Assembly: GCA_904063045.1 (NCBI GenBank)
Contig: CAJFCJ010000006.1
Location: forward strand, 1,439,647-1,503,646
Direction: 5' to 3'
Length of the DNA stretch: 64,000 nt
Source: Dimorphilus gyrociliatus
Taxonomy: Eukaryota; Animalia; Annelida
Shown piece after piece: positions 27,381 through 40,971 of this stretch. A program made the translations under genes and the position numbers. The first letter of the stretch is position 1; every line of letters begins with the position of its first letter. A model generated the notes under the pieces. That model saw only the letters and a program-made list of their open reading frames with translations. It did no database searches and had not been told where the DNA came from.

Positions 27381-30300
27381 ATGGCGTCGAACGAAGAGGA
27401 ACGAGTGGAGTTAAACGGCACCGATCTGGAAGAGGTCGTCATCGAGAGGAGAAGAGTTGCTCCTGCTTTTGAGCCGACCAGAGTTCGAGGAAGAGAAGTT
27501 CTACTCGCTATTACCGTATTTTTTATGACCTCATTATGTATAGGACTAATTGTCTGTTTAACAACTGTGAAACCGGCGTTTAGTACGGCTGAAGGTCGCA
27601 GACAAGAACTATGCGAAGATGAATCTTGTTTGAAATCTTCTGTTTATATAACGAGCAAGGCAAACTTTTCGGTTGATCCCTGTGAAAACTTTTACAACTA
27701 TGCGTGCGGAAAGTTTGAGAAAAAGAAGGCTTTTGGCGACCAGGTTGACGACGAGATCTTAGCGGAGGTAAATCAGAGATTAAGGAAGGTGATTGAAAAT
27801 CCCAAACAAAAAGATTCTGTAGTCGAAATGTATAAATTATTATACGAAACTTGTCTGAAGTCGATTGAAAGGAAAGATAGAAACCAGACGGAAGATTTTA
27901 GGAATATTTTGAAAGACCTCGGCGGTTGGCCTATATTAGGTTTCATCTTCTAAACAGCTCAATGTTACTTTTACTAATATGATAGTTTTTTAGGTTCTTC
28001 ATCTGGAGGAAAGAAAAATATAGATCTACAAGAACTTCTACAAAGAGTGTACGAATTAAGACACACGGATCTCTTTTATATTACAGTTTCCGAATCGGCT
28101 TTCCAAGAGAAGAAGCAAGTGATCAAGGTCGTATAGACAGTCTTTTATATTTATTGTTTATGTACTTTGTAAGCTTATTGATCTTTATTCTTCTCGCCTC
28201 ATCAACAAACGCTACTATTCACGTAGTGTGAACGCTTTCTCAGTTTATTTCGATCCTATTAAGGCCTTTGTTACCCACACTACAAACCACTCTTTTATAA
28301 TATATGCAAAAAAATTTTTATAATGAATTTTATAACCTATCTAAATGTAAAATGTATACGATCTTTATAAGATTTCTTTACGATGAACTCTAGTTGTTTT
28401 CATAGTTTTACCAGACTCATACACCATCTCTCTATACCCCCCACCTAGCCCCCCTGCCCCCTTCTCTCTTCTCTCTCTCTCGCTCGTCTTTCTCTCTCAT
28501 CCCTTTTTTATATTAGTACGTAATTCTTGATATATTTCAACAAGTAGGAAAAAAAGAAGAATTTTTTTTTGCTATTAATTTTCCATTTCGTTCTTTATAC
28601 TTTTTGTACAGTTACCTTTGCAAAATTTAAATAAATTATAGGTTTGCTCCATATATTTACAGTTAACGGCAGTTCAGATATTAGAGAATAATTATGAAGA
28701 TTTAACGGACATAATAAAAAAAATGAAACAAGCTGCTATCTCTCTAGGAAGTACATTAACTGGTAAAGAAATTGAAGAGCAAGCATTGAAAGTGGCCACT
28801 CTTCGGAAGGAAATATATCAGGTTAGAATAATAAATTAAAAACAAATAAATGGATTTTGAAAACATTCAAGTAATTTATCTTTTCTGTAAATAGAAACAT
28901 TTCTATCAAATACGCTATATATGCAATAATACATACATTATGTGGTTTTAAATGTGCGATATGTACTAAATATGGTTCTGAAAGGATATATATATATATA
29001 CAGTATATACTGTATATAGTATATTCATGCATATTATATATTTTTTATGTTTTTATACTTTCTTGTTGTTCATTATTCATAAAAAAGTGAAATTAAAAAA
29101 TTACGGTTGAATGAAATTACCCGCATTAGAAACAAAATCAATTTAAAACATTTTTTCTAACAATTTCTTATAGATTGCCAGTAAAACTCATATAACTGAG
29201 AAAGAACAGACGATAAGCGTTTCCCGTCTGCATGAACAGTCAAAAGAGGTTTGAGAAGTTTAGAGAATTGCTTTTTTTTTCACATAATAAGTCATTGTTA
29301 GTGTATTTTTTTCTTTTCTTTTCTTTACTATATAGATCAACTGGTTAGATTTATTAAAGTTGTTCGATAAAAGTTTAACAGTGAAAAGTATCATTGAATT
29401 ATCTCCGAATTTAGAGTATTATGGGAGATTATCCGAATTATGGCGTAAAACGGATAGAGACACTCTAATCAATTTCCTCTTGTGGAACATCTTATTATAC
29501 TATAGTGAGAAGATGAAGGACATTTCTTCACCTTTCTCACAAAATTCTAACGAAAAAGAGTCATGGAAAAAATGTGTAAATGTCGTGACCTATTCGTTCT
29601 CCTCTGCAATCGGTTGCGATTATTCAAAGACTTATGGTGGAGACTCAAAAAATGTGAGTTGCATGTAATTACTCTTTTTGCATCCCTCTCGAGGAGATAT
29701 TGGAATGTTAATTACATAGGAAATTTATAAAGACCAAAACAATTAAAAAGTATTCAAATATGCATTAAACATTGTTACAATTTCTTGTATATATATATAT
29801 AGATTCGAAATATCATCGAAAGTATTAGATCTGTAATGAAACAAAAAATCGAAGAGGCGAGTTGGATGGATGATAAAACAAAGAAGCGTGCTGTAACGAA
29901 GGTAGGTAGCAATTACAAATGAGTTAGATTCATAGTTCTAATTAAGTTGATCCATTGCTATACATCTATATATATATATATACATACAGTTGAAAAAATT
30001 GACGTATAACCTCGCTTGTGAAGAACAATTTACCCTTGGAAATAAAAAGAGAATTAACTTTTATAAACACGTAAATGGAAATTGAATTTTATTAAAAGTT
30101 ATTATCAATGACTAAATGAACATTTAATACTCTATTCAGATAAACTTAAAGCCTTCGGATTCTTACATTGCTATGTTGAAGAAACAGGCCAAATTTGAAA
30201 TGTTCAAGATACAAAAACAAATAAAATCGGGACGTCGTACAGAGTAGGCTTGCATACCAAGTTTAATTAAAACTTCTTAGATCTATAATTAATTATTCTA

Positions 30301-31412
30301 TACTTCTATGCAGGTGGGCAATATATTTATTCAGTATAAATGCTGTTTATCATTTCCAGCAAAATTGGATGGGTATGACATATACTGCAAACATTTATAT
30401 TCTGCATATATACTGTATTTATATATACATATATATAAATACAGTGTATATACATATCCATATTTACCCAATTAACATATATTCAATTTGGTAATCATAA
30501 ACGATTAAATTGTATTCAATGTAATCTATAGCTATCGCGGCGCCCCTGCTAACAGAACCATTCTATTCTAAAACTGTACCACGGTATGTTTTTAATTGCT
30601 TTCAAATAATTATATTACTAGTTAATTACCAAACATACTTTAAATAGGTACATCAACTACGCTAAACTAGGAACAGTAATTGGACATGAAATTACTCATG
30701 CCTTTGATGATCAAGGTAAATAAATTATTTAAGAAATACTTTTCCTTACAAAAATATTTATTCCTAACCTAATTTTTAAAATAAAAAAAGGTTCGCAATT
30801 TGATGAGAATGGTTCTCTGAAAAACTGGTGGGATGATAGTACATTACAGATATTCCGACAAAGAGTGGATTGTATCAAAAGTTTTTATGCTAATAAAACT
30901 TTCCGGGGACTTTCAATTTTTAATGAACAATCTTTAGCTGAGCATATATCGGATATTGGTGGTATTCGATTAGCTTACGAAGTAAGTTAGCTCCGCCCAT
31001 TGAAAAAAAAATTTGCCTACTTCTTGAAACGAAATTCTCATCTGAAAAACACTAAAAATTAGGCATTCACGAAGGAAAAGACTCACAAAATATTACCTGG
31101 ATCAAAGTTACCATCTTCAGAAGAGCAAATATTCTTCCTATCATACGCCCAGAATTTCTGCTCTAAAGAGAAAGAGAGTACGACGAAGACGACCATTACC
31201 ATTGGGCAGCATTTACCTGCATCACTTAGGTATATAATAGTTATTATCAAACAATTCGAAAGCCATTTTATAAATGAAATTTAAGACGGAATTGACCGTT
31301 TGTTCTCTCCAGAGTTCTGTATAGTTTGCAACAAGTACCAGAATTCTCGAAGGCGTTTAACTGTAAAGACGCAGACGAAATGAAAGCGAGGGAACAGTGC
31401 AGTGTTTGGTGA
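27381..31412 (+). CDS. M13 family metallopeptidase (neprilysin/ECE-like), type II membrane, multi-exon
   Basis: ATG at 27381, N-terminal TM, C..C..DPCENFYNYACG, INAVY, VIGHEITHAFDDQG (HExxH), AEHISDIGG (ExxxD), HLPASLR, C-terminal CSVW-stop. Confidence 0.95.
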
Positions 31413-31944
31413 TTATATAAATATGTACATATATATATAAATATACATATATATATATATATATATATTGTATGTATATAAGTTAATTTGTCTACTGCCG
31501 ATTTTTAATGACTCTGTAATTGTTCTTTAAAGTTAATTTTAAGTTTAGATTATAACGAAAAACAACATTTTCTTAATTTGATATTACTTTCTTTCAAGTG
31601 AACTTTCATGTTGACCTTAAAAGTTTAGTTCTTATATAATTAAGAACAGGAGTGGTACGCACATTGGTTAATGAAGAAGGAAAAGTGTCATCAATTATTC
31701 GACGCTTATGTCAATTGGCCGATTAGTATTTAGGTGTCTTCATCTAGGAATTAGCTTTCCCTTGATAATATTTTACTACTTAGTATATGAATTTCTGACC
31801 GTTTAAAAATATTAAAAAACGCCAATAATTATATTTCGTACATTTTCATTATTACTAGTATTACAAAATATCTAAATAGATGTATTTTGTGATACAAAAA
31901 AAATTTATTTATCAGTAGACAAAGTAATTCAATTAACTAGTTAC

Positions 31945-34237
31945 TTAGTTCTTTAATGTAATGATGGGATAGTGTTTATGTACAGTAAAGTCAAACAAAG
32001 GGCGTTCATACTCCTTTTTGCCTGTAGAAAGAACGCTCATGGCAACAATGTTATATTTACAAATTCGTAATAAAGCCGTAGCTTGTTCGGTTTGGTTGCT
32101 AGGAGGTTGTTCGATTAAAGCTTTAGCGTGTTGAAAGCCTTTGCAAGCGGCTTGAAAGAGATGTTCAGGTTCGGGCACAGGTTTATATCTATTTATGAAC
32201 ATATAAAAAACTTATTGAAGAAAATGAATTTAAAAAAATTACCTTTGCAAATCGATTGTGTCTGTAAAATGACAATAAGCCATTGGCTGTGGACTGCTCA
32301 AAACTTGGAAAGGTGCAAATCTCCTTCTGAATCGAACTTCTTCACTATCAAAAGCTATAGAAGATCCGTCAGCCAGCTCTAATTTTTTCGCCCTTATAAA
32401 CCCAAGTAATGCTTTCAAAAATGCATTGCATAGCATTTGATGAATTTGAGCTGTATGAACTTCTTTAGCATGAGGTTTACCCTTTTTCTTCTGTTGTCTT
32501 CTCACTTTTTTAGCACTTTTGCCACTTTGAGTTTCAATCATAGCTTCACTTTCCATTAGAAAATTATCTGCTCTGGAAAGAGTAGGAATCCACCAGGAGC
32601 AGTGTAACTCACTGATATACCAATAAATATAATAATATTCTTGAGGAGAATATAATTCCAATTCAAAACCAAGATATAAATAATTAAACATTGCTTTTAG
32701 GACATGATATAAAACCCAAGTCACAAAACAAACAACAGTTTGTCCCTGCGAATTTTTCATTAGTAATCTATGTAAATAGGTGTCTAGTTTATCGGCTTCA
32801 GCTTCCAAGTTAGCCAGCTCTTCGAATATATGCGCTAACTTCTCACGTTGCCTGGCTCTATTTTGACCAGATATATTAACAAGCTGTAATATAGTATTAG
32901 CTGCTCTCTGCAGAAAAGCATCACAGTATGCTCTTGCATCTGGATTGCTACCTATACTTGATTTAGGGACTAGGGCTGGTGGTGCTATAAAGTTCCGAAT
33001 CGTATCCCTAACAACATCAACAAGAGGTTCGTTTCCAAAGAATCTTCGATTGATTGGAAATACTAGTAAGTGTAAAAGTGACCTAGATAGGACACAAGGA
33101 GACAATTTGCTAAAGTCTTCGAAAAAATCCATGGCTTGATGAAGAAAGGTGCATTTTGTTACACCAGTTATAAACTTGAATCTCGTACACATATCCGACA
33201 GATATTTCATAGTATCTTCGATCGACGTAATTTTTGCGTATCTCGGAAATGTTGAAGGTAACAATCTTTGATTAACTAAAGGTTCAAACCCCATAATCGT
33301 TGGGTAATCGTGTAAACCACATTCTCTTTCCTCCGGCTTAATTCCTAAGTGTATAGTGCTTTGCATAGACAGTAAAACATCAAGAATACCATTAAGATAT
33401 TTTTCTATATCATCTACTCCACTGCATTTGTCTTTAGAGAAAGCCAACAGAGTTGCATATAGAAAACGAGTGAATTTAATACGTGAATAAATAGCACTAT
33501 AAAGTTCGTGCTGCTTTGCTCTTGTTTCGTTGTCTTCGCCTTTGTCTTTTGTACTCCTAACTTTCTTTGCAAACTAAAATTTAAGACATAAGATTTAAAT
33601 GCGATCAGAATATATTATTATTAAAATTTATTAAAACTGAAAATTGTGGGCCATTTACCTCATCTTCCACTTCCCGAAGAGAAGAAATAACTTTGGCACT
33701 GGGTACTTCGCTTGCCATCTTGAAGCCATACGAAACAGATTGAAAATCCTCCTCCTCGAAAACGCTTGCCTTGTTTATACGATCCCTAATTAAATCGACT
33801 GTCTTGAGTATGGCCGTGCAAAACGATTTTAAAGTTTTATCTTTTATAGCCTCTGGGTTATGCAGATACAAATTAGTGAAAACTGTTTGGGCTAGAGAAT
33901 GCCCTTCTAACCAAGTTACCACACAGGCGTACGTTGAATCAATAATACCGATTAGTTCTTCACTTTCCAGATTATCATCTTTTATGATATTGGCTTTCAA
34001 AGCTTCATCAAAATCATACACTTTACGCTTAACTTGATTACAAAGCATTCCAGCATCCATTTTCGGATCCATCATCTCGATAGCCGACATAGCTTCGAAT
34101 AAACCAAAATGAACATCGTGAACTAATTCCCCCACATTTAATTGTTGACATAATTCAAAAAAGTCCTTTGTTATATCTTTCCAATTACAATTCTTCTTCT
34201 CTTCCAGAGAAGGGCCATTATCATCGGTTTGCGACAT
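31945..34237 (-). CDS. NAA35: NatC auxiliary subunit (Mak10); 3 exons
   Basis: WKDITKDF..GELVHDVHFGLFEAMSAIEMMDPKMDAGM, TWLEGHSLAQTVFTNLYLH, RARQREKL, GFELELYSPQEYYYIYWY, RFRRRFAPF. Confidence 0.97.
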
Positions 34238-34364
34238 TATATCGACTCTTTTCAGGACGTTGAGATAGAAATTCTAGGGTCAAGGACACTTGTTGGTAGT
34301 AACCGGTGAAAGCTGCGCATGCGTACTATCAATATACAAAATAGTCGGATGAATTTGGATTGAG
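34238..34364. promoter_or_regulatory. Bidirectional promoter NAA35/MED17 with NRF1-like TGCGCATGCGT (34314-34324)
   Basis: 127 bp separate the divergent ATGs, with a palindromic motif in between. Confidence 0.75.
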
Positions 34365-36665
34365 ATGGCTCTCCCAATACAAAGTACGGAAGTAAGCATA
34401 GAAGCTCTACAGGAATATCCAATACAAAGTTTTCAATATGATGGAAAGGAAATTTCAACTGAGTTAGTAGACTTTTTAAGTAATTACAATTTGATTTCGA
34501 CAAGTTCATCTTTTATCGCTCCGCAGGCCTCTTTCTATGTCGGAAAACTTGAGCAGGTTAGCAGAAAGAATAGACTTCACATCAGATGGCGGAGAAAATG
34601 TTAATGAAAAAAACAAAGAAGAAGCTCCTGCAACATTTCAAACAAGTTCGTGGCCTTGGGAATCGGTCAGAAATAAACTTCGGTAAATATTCCCGCTTGA
34701 AAAATTATTCTTAATAATTACGCTTGTAAAAAATGCATTTCCCAGCTCTGCGTTGACAGAAACAAGCGTTTTGTTGGATATATTAACTATTGCTCGAGAT
34801 AGACGATATATGTCTATTGAAAGTATAAATAATGAAGTGCCAGATACTAGGATTCCCCTGAATTTAATTTCAAAGAAAAAAGGACTGAATTCAGCTGCAC
34901 AGATTATTCAAGATGGTATAGATAGAATGAGAAAAACACTCCAAGAGCAGCAATCTAGATCAATGGATTTTCATCAGGAACTATACAATATGAGGCAGAG
35001 GGATGGATGGAAACTTCGTAAAGTCGGAAATACTATAATTGGAGATCTCAGTTACAAGTCAGGTAATCATTATACTGAGACTTAACTTTGGAAATTTTAT
35101 AGATAAAATAAACTTTTTTATTAGCCGGCTCTCGGTACACTGCCCAAGGGACTTTCGAAGTAAAAAAGAGTGAAGATGAGGATGCAACCCACGAAGGAAC
35201 AAGTCAATCACCAGGAAGGGCACCCCCGCAAATAAATAGCTCTATTCAAGTGTCAGTACCAACAGAATTGGAGGGATTTGTGTATATATATGCTTCTCTG
35301 ATAAAAGATGATGGTTTGTATAACCCAGAGGCTATGAACTGTCACATTCTGTAATTGAATTCAAATTAAAAATAGGTAAACTTAACTTCTCCGATCTAAG
35401 TTCTTGCTCACCGCCTATTCAGTACGCTCGCATTGGAAAACAATCTTGGCAAACACATCTAGACAATGCTCAATATGTTATATTTTGTAAAGAAATTTTT
35501 CATCAGTTATCTCGAGAAGCTATAACTATGAAATTTCCTCTTCCGAATGTTGTCGTTGGTGATCAAGTCCTATGTCATGTAAGGATGAAACCATGAAAAA
35601 TTTCGTGACCTAAAACAGCTTTTCCCTTTCAGTTATATGACGATGTCAAGTTAATTATAGCAATGTGTCGGACGTTACCAGATGAAGATGATTTAGGCCG
35701 TGTCAGATCAAATTTTACACCGACTCGACATTTCGTACGACCAACTTATTCATATGTTCTTGAGCATAATTTACATCAACTGTTGCGAGAGATCCATTCC
35801 CGAACAGCAACACTTCCTCTTCCTCATCCAATTACAGGTCATATTGGAGCAACAAAAAGGAGAAGATTGGCTGGCCCCTACGCTTTTGGAAAGATAGAAT
35901 TGGAAGAGGCTATGCCATCAATTTCTCTTTTGCAACAAATTATTATACAATCAAAACACTACTATCTTCATACTTTGGTAACATCAGTATTGGATGATAT
36001 AGCTAAAGAACACATCGATCCCCAAATAATTGTTCATCATGGTGCAATAGGAACTGCTCATCAGTCAATGATAAGAGTATTTATATTTAACAGCTTTTCT
36101 GAAACAACACGATGCTGCTTGTTATTCAAAATTGAGAGTGACATCTTAAAGTGTGTCTCTGGCAATAGTGTTTTTGTAGTAAACAGAGACGCTCAAATGA
36201 TCAGAAATATTTTAGAAGAACAAATTTGTCATCATAAACTCAATTCTATTACACTTGCGATCAGGCTTACAAATTGGAATATTCTTTCTCAGCAATCGTA
36301 TATTCCTGTTCGATTTCATGACGACATGAAATTTGGTGGTAAGCCTGGTTATGTTCTTGTGGCTAGTCCTAACAGAAGAAGGTAATGTCTATAACTTTCT
36401 TATGCTAAAACTTAATATTCCTAATTTATATAGGGTGTTACTCGTTACCTGCTATCCGAAGCAAAAATGTACAGTATCTCTACAACGAACGTCAACCGGA
36501 ACGTTAAGTGACTTAATAACTGAAGAAAAATGGCACGATCTGAGTGGTAATTTTGAAGAAATTGACTTGAATTGTATGGATTTTACCCATTCCAGTTGTT
36601 TCGCTACTAGAATGGAAGCTCTTATGTGCTGTTTGGAAAAAGAAACTCAGACAAATTTTTATTAA
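34365..36665 (+). CDS. MED17: Mediator subunit 17, multi-exon
   Basis: SIEA..YDGKE|PLSMSENLSRLAERIDF, WPWESVRNKLR|SALTE, WKLRKVGNTIIGDLSYKSAGS, LEHNLHQLLREIH, C-terminal WHDLSG..RMEALM. Confidence 0.95.
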
Positions 36666-36697
36666 ATTATTGAGTAAAAATACTTTAGAATTTATTT

Positions 36698-36966
36698 TTA
36701 TTCTTTCTTTGGTCTAAACCGGATATGTGGTACTTTTAAATTGTTGGTACCAAGTAAACAAGAGAAATTTAAACTTGAGGTCTTATGTAGTTTCTTATAG
36801 ACAGAATATCGGTAATTTTCAGCAATAGAAAAATCTTTTTCCTTAAAATCCTGAACAATCTACTAATAACAAAAGCATTAACTTTTAATTTAAGCCTATT
36901 CACGTCTTGAAAAATCCCATTTGTTATTTGCAGGTAATGTATTGCTTTCTGGGTTTTGAATTGCTT
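36698..36966 (-). CDS. Probable last two coding exons of an unidentified small gene (36966-36904, 36850-36698)
   Basis: Phase-0 53-nt GT-AG intron joins KQFKTQKAIHYLQITNGIFQD to DFKEKDFSIAENYRYSVYKKLHK..HIRFRPKKE-stop. Upstream exons could not be resolved. Confidence 0.45.
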
Positions 36967-39058
36967 CTGCAACAAACTTTGTATTAATCGGCTTTAAGTT
37001 GACGTTAGTTGGGTAATAGCTTTGAGACTAAGTCGTGTACAGGATATAAAAATCCTAAAGTACTTTTTTTTATATACAATTTGATGAACTCAAGCGGAAT
37101 TCTCCACTTATTTATTGAAATTTTATTCAGCATATTTCAATTTTAACCTCACTTAGGACTCTCTTTCAGTTGTATTCTAGCTTTTTTATCGACAAGAATA
37201 AGAAGATTAAATACGTAAGGACTGCTGAGAACAAATTAAAAATACAATACTTTAAATGATGGAAATGCAATATATTAAGTTCAGAATATTTTGAAGAGAT
37301 TTCAATTATCAATTGTTAATTTTTATTATAGCGTTTTGGTGTGAATTATATTTGTCTTAAAGAAATCCTTAAAAATTCTGACTCAGTCCAAATAAGCGTA
37401 TAACAATGAACTTGGGTACCCACTACGACTCCTTCAAGCCCTGTAGATTAATAGCATACCTGTACCTGAGCCGCGAACCAGGCAGCTGTCACGTGATTAA
37501 CAACGATAAAAGTCTATCTAGAAACAGCTCCACCGTGATTAGTCTATTAAATACAGAAATAATTGATATGATTAGTTTGAGAAAAGTGAATGCTTATAGC
37601 ATCATTACATTTATGTTGTAATTTTAATAATTTGATTGGCAACATGTAGTAAAGAGACAATAATTGCTTATTAGCACCTTAAATAAATTCATCATTGATC
37701 GAATTTAGCTTTGACAGAATCATAGTTGAACTGTAGTGTTTTATTATATCATTTTAATAAATTATTCTAGAATGAGCTGACTTACTTAAAGACAAATGCT
37801 AAAATTTCCTACTTCATTGTTTGATGAAAAATTTAAGATATTCACTATGGTATTTTAGGCAGGTATTTAAAAAGAATTTCTGAATCACATATAAAAGCAA
37901 GCGAACTTTTTTTTGTTAAATAAAGAGCATTTGAAGATGCATTTGCATAAATGTGTGCGTACTTTCCTTTCTTCGAATACCAGTTTTTTAGTGCTCCTAG
38001 CGGGATTTAGAGAGACCCCGTCACGACCCCAAGATGGCGAATCGCTATAAAATGGTTAAGAAATTTCGTTTAAATCGCTGTTTATAAACCAATTTAAACT
38101 GACTGATGCTATTGGACCGGGGTTCTATAAGAAGGACAAATATTTAGCGAAAGTAACTGAAAATCTGAGCGAAAATGACTAAATTTCGAGAGAGGTAAAA
38201 TTTAATTCTAATTTACTTCAATATGACTGTTTAAAATGGCGGCGTTCCCGGGCGTTCACATTTGATTTGAATGAAAAATCGATTTTAATGCAGCCTATTG
38301 CAGTATTGGTTTAAATTGAAAGTTTTCTAGACTTATTTTAACAAACGAATAGTTGATTTACTTAAGAAAACAATATATACTTGTTTACGCTTACTTACAT
38401 TCAATAGAAACAGACCACGTGTTTTGATACCCATTATCATTAACGTAAAATTTTTAATACTCTTAGTAATATATTTTGAATGAAGTTTGCTACTATCTTT
38501 GATGTAATCAGACTTTTCACCTGTTGGCGATGTAGACGTCATTTTACAATTTTACCTGGCGTTTAATATTGCTAAGTGAATCATGAATATAAAAATGCGC
38601 TTTCAGCTAGTCTATATTGGTACGATGAATGTTAATAAGACGAATATTGAAATGAATCAACAGATGTCGCTTCGCAACGATTATGATAATATTTTCATGC
38701 AGACGCATGTATGGACAGGTGTATTAGCAACTGTAGGCCAGTTGTATAGATAATTGACGAGATTTCGATTAATTATGGAGTGCGTTCTTTGAAAGGGTTT
38801 GTCGATTTTTTTTGCGTCAATCGCCCACAACTTGGATTCACTCTTGTACTTGAATCATTCAATATTCTTTTCAACACCCCGCTGGCGGTTATTATTGTTC
38901 GCGATTATAGAAAAAAAATTAGCATAGTAATAATCATAATTTTTTCCTGCTGTAAAAGCAGGAAGCGGAGAGTTTTGTGCGCACAGAAGTCTTACTAGAC
39001 AACCAAGTCTCCTTTGATGCTCCTAATTATTAGCTGATGTAGGCCCAATAAACCGTTA

Positions 39059-40934
39059 ATGGAATTATATGATGCGTAAGTAGTTACACACATATGTTTA
39101 AATTTTTTTTTTCCATTACAGTAGAAACCCGAGAAAGAATGATAACAAAGATTTACGACGAGAAAAAACGATGGAGCTCATTCGACAGCAAGAAGCTCAG
39201 GTTGGTTGTCAATATCGGGCGTCAATTTTTAGCACGTGATTGCGGCGTTTGTTTTCATATTGACGTAAACTCGCTACTGACATTCATTATAGGGTCTATG
39301 TTATAAAGACTGCAACATAGTGTAAAGCTGTAACATAAAAATGATTAGTTAGCTATTGATCGAAATATTCTGTATGTAATATAACATTAGTTACGATGTA
39401 TTATTTATGTGTAACTATACATTGCAGCGTCTGTAGCGTAAAGAGGATTGGCGTGAAGGCTTTTAACGTTTTTTTTATAACCGCTTTCTTCCTGTATATA
39501 TTGACCCGCTAACGTACCATACTCGTCTGATTGACAGTTGTATTGAGTCGTCTTTGAATAATAGGTTGCCAGTACCATTAATAGTCGTATATTTTATTAC
39601 CCATAAGAACGTTTAATACTGAAAAAAAATAGAATAACACAACCAGCGCTGCAGTCGTTCTGTTTGTTTATCGATTTTGTTTGTCAGTGAAGAGAGATGT
39701 TGGTTCTGGTTGTGATCGGAATAGGCGTAGTAGAATAATGGACGCCACGGCGTCTATAGGCGGCTTATATCGGTTCGCCTTCGGGACGCTTTTAGACGCG
39801 GTGCGCGTTGCCTTGCAGGTTTTCTCTTGTCGTGCTCTGCCACATTGATTTTTGCAGTTGGCGCAGTCGCTCTGCAACATTTTTGCTCAGTCTAGCCTGT
39901 CTCTGCGTCACTACACTGTGTGCTCTTGCTTTTTTTTTTAGCTAAGCAGTGCATTACAGGATACTGTCACTAGTGGTTTGTCTTTATATTTTTTAAAATA
40001 TTTTTATGTTTTTACATTCTTAAAACATATTGCAAACTGGAATGATTTTTTCATTTTGATCAGTTTGCTGTCTGACGTCACGCGTGAGTTGCGTAGCGAC
40101 GCATCTGTCTTTGCCTAGGTTGTGTGTCTTTATTGCAAGGTCGTTATTAGATTAGAATTTGTTTGTTGCAGAAAGCGTTGGAAACGTATGAATTATGGAA
40201 AACGGTCAGTGAGCGAGAAAGGGAAGAGCGGACTGACAGGAATGCCAGAAAGATAGCTTTACAACACAAACTGATTTCGGCTAGGGATGAATTATTTAAG
40301 CGTAAAATTGAAGAAAAAGAGAACACAGAGATTCAGGTACGTCGATTTTTTCTTTATTGTTCAATTCAAGTTCAATCGGGTGTAAGTCGCATAATTCTGC
40401 CTCTCTGTATTGTTAACGGTAATTTTGTACAGCGACCTATCCTAGAGTTGATGAATCGACGTTTTCGCTAGTCGATCAATAAATGGATTTTAATGAAAAA
40501 ATGCGTAATATACAATTAGAATTGGGGATGCTGTAAAAGTCTGAATAGGATTTATTATGTAGCAAGAGGACGTGCGTCGACGTTCTAATCGCCCACTGCT
40601 TATTGTTTTAAAATCGACAATATTCTACTGTTGAGTTTTCTAGGCGCATATGTTGAATCGATTTTAATAGTGTGTCGGCTAGAATACGATCGAAACTTTG
40701 CTCAATAGCGGCTTTCGACCATTTTCTAACAAGGACGTGTAAACAAGGCGGAATAGACTATATGTTATATTGCGAGCAATAGTGCCTTGATATCCTTTTG
40801 GGAGCATGGATTAAGTAAGAAAATTTAATTAGGCTAAACGAATGATTAAAGATCTGAATGAAGCGACACGTGTAGGATTCAGTTTTTTGCTCATTAAACG
40901 CATAAACACACATTCGCGTTATTTATAGAAACAG

Positions 40935-40971
<37 letters not shown>

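Noticed and set aside
37822-37883. TGATGA...CTGA box C/D snoRNA-like pair
   Set aside because: No terminal stem, no recognisable rRNA guide, and very AT-rich; expected by chance.
38033-38182. 49-codon ORF MANRYKMVKK.. with good Kozak context
   Set aside because: No homology cue. The AAGATGGCG is more simply a YY1/CTCF-like promoter motif. It cannot be excluded as a first exon.
38690-38940. Minus-strand frame with a single in-frame TGA (38855-57): selenoprotein?
   Set aside because: No redox motif, no start, and no SECIS seen. It is antisense to the probable plus-strand 5' exons.
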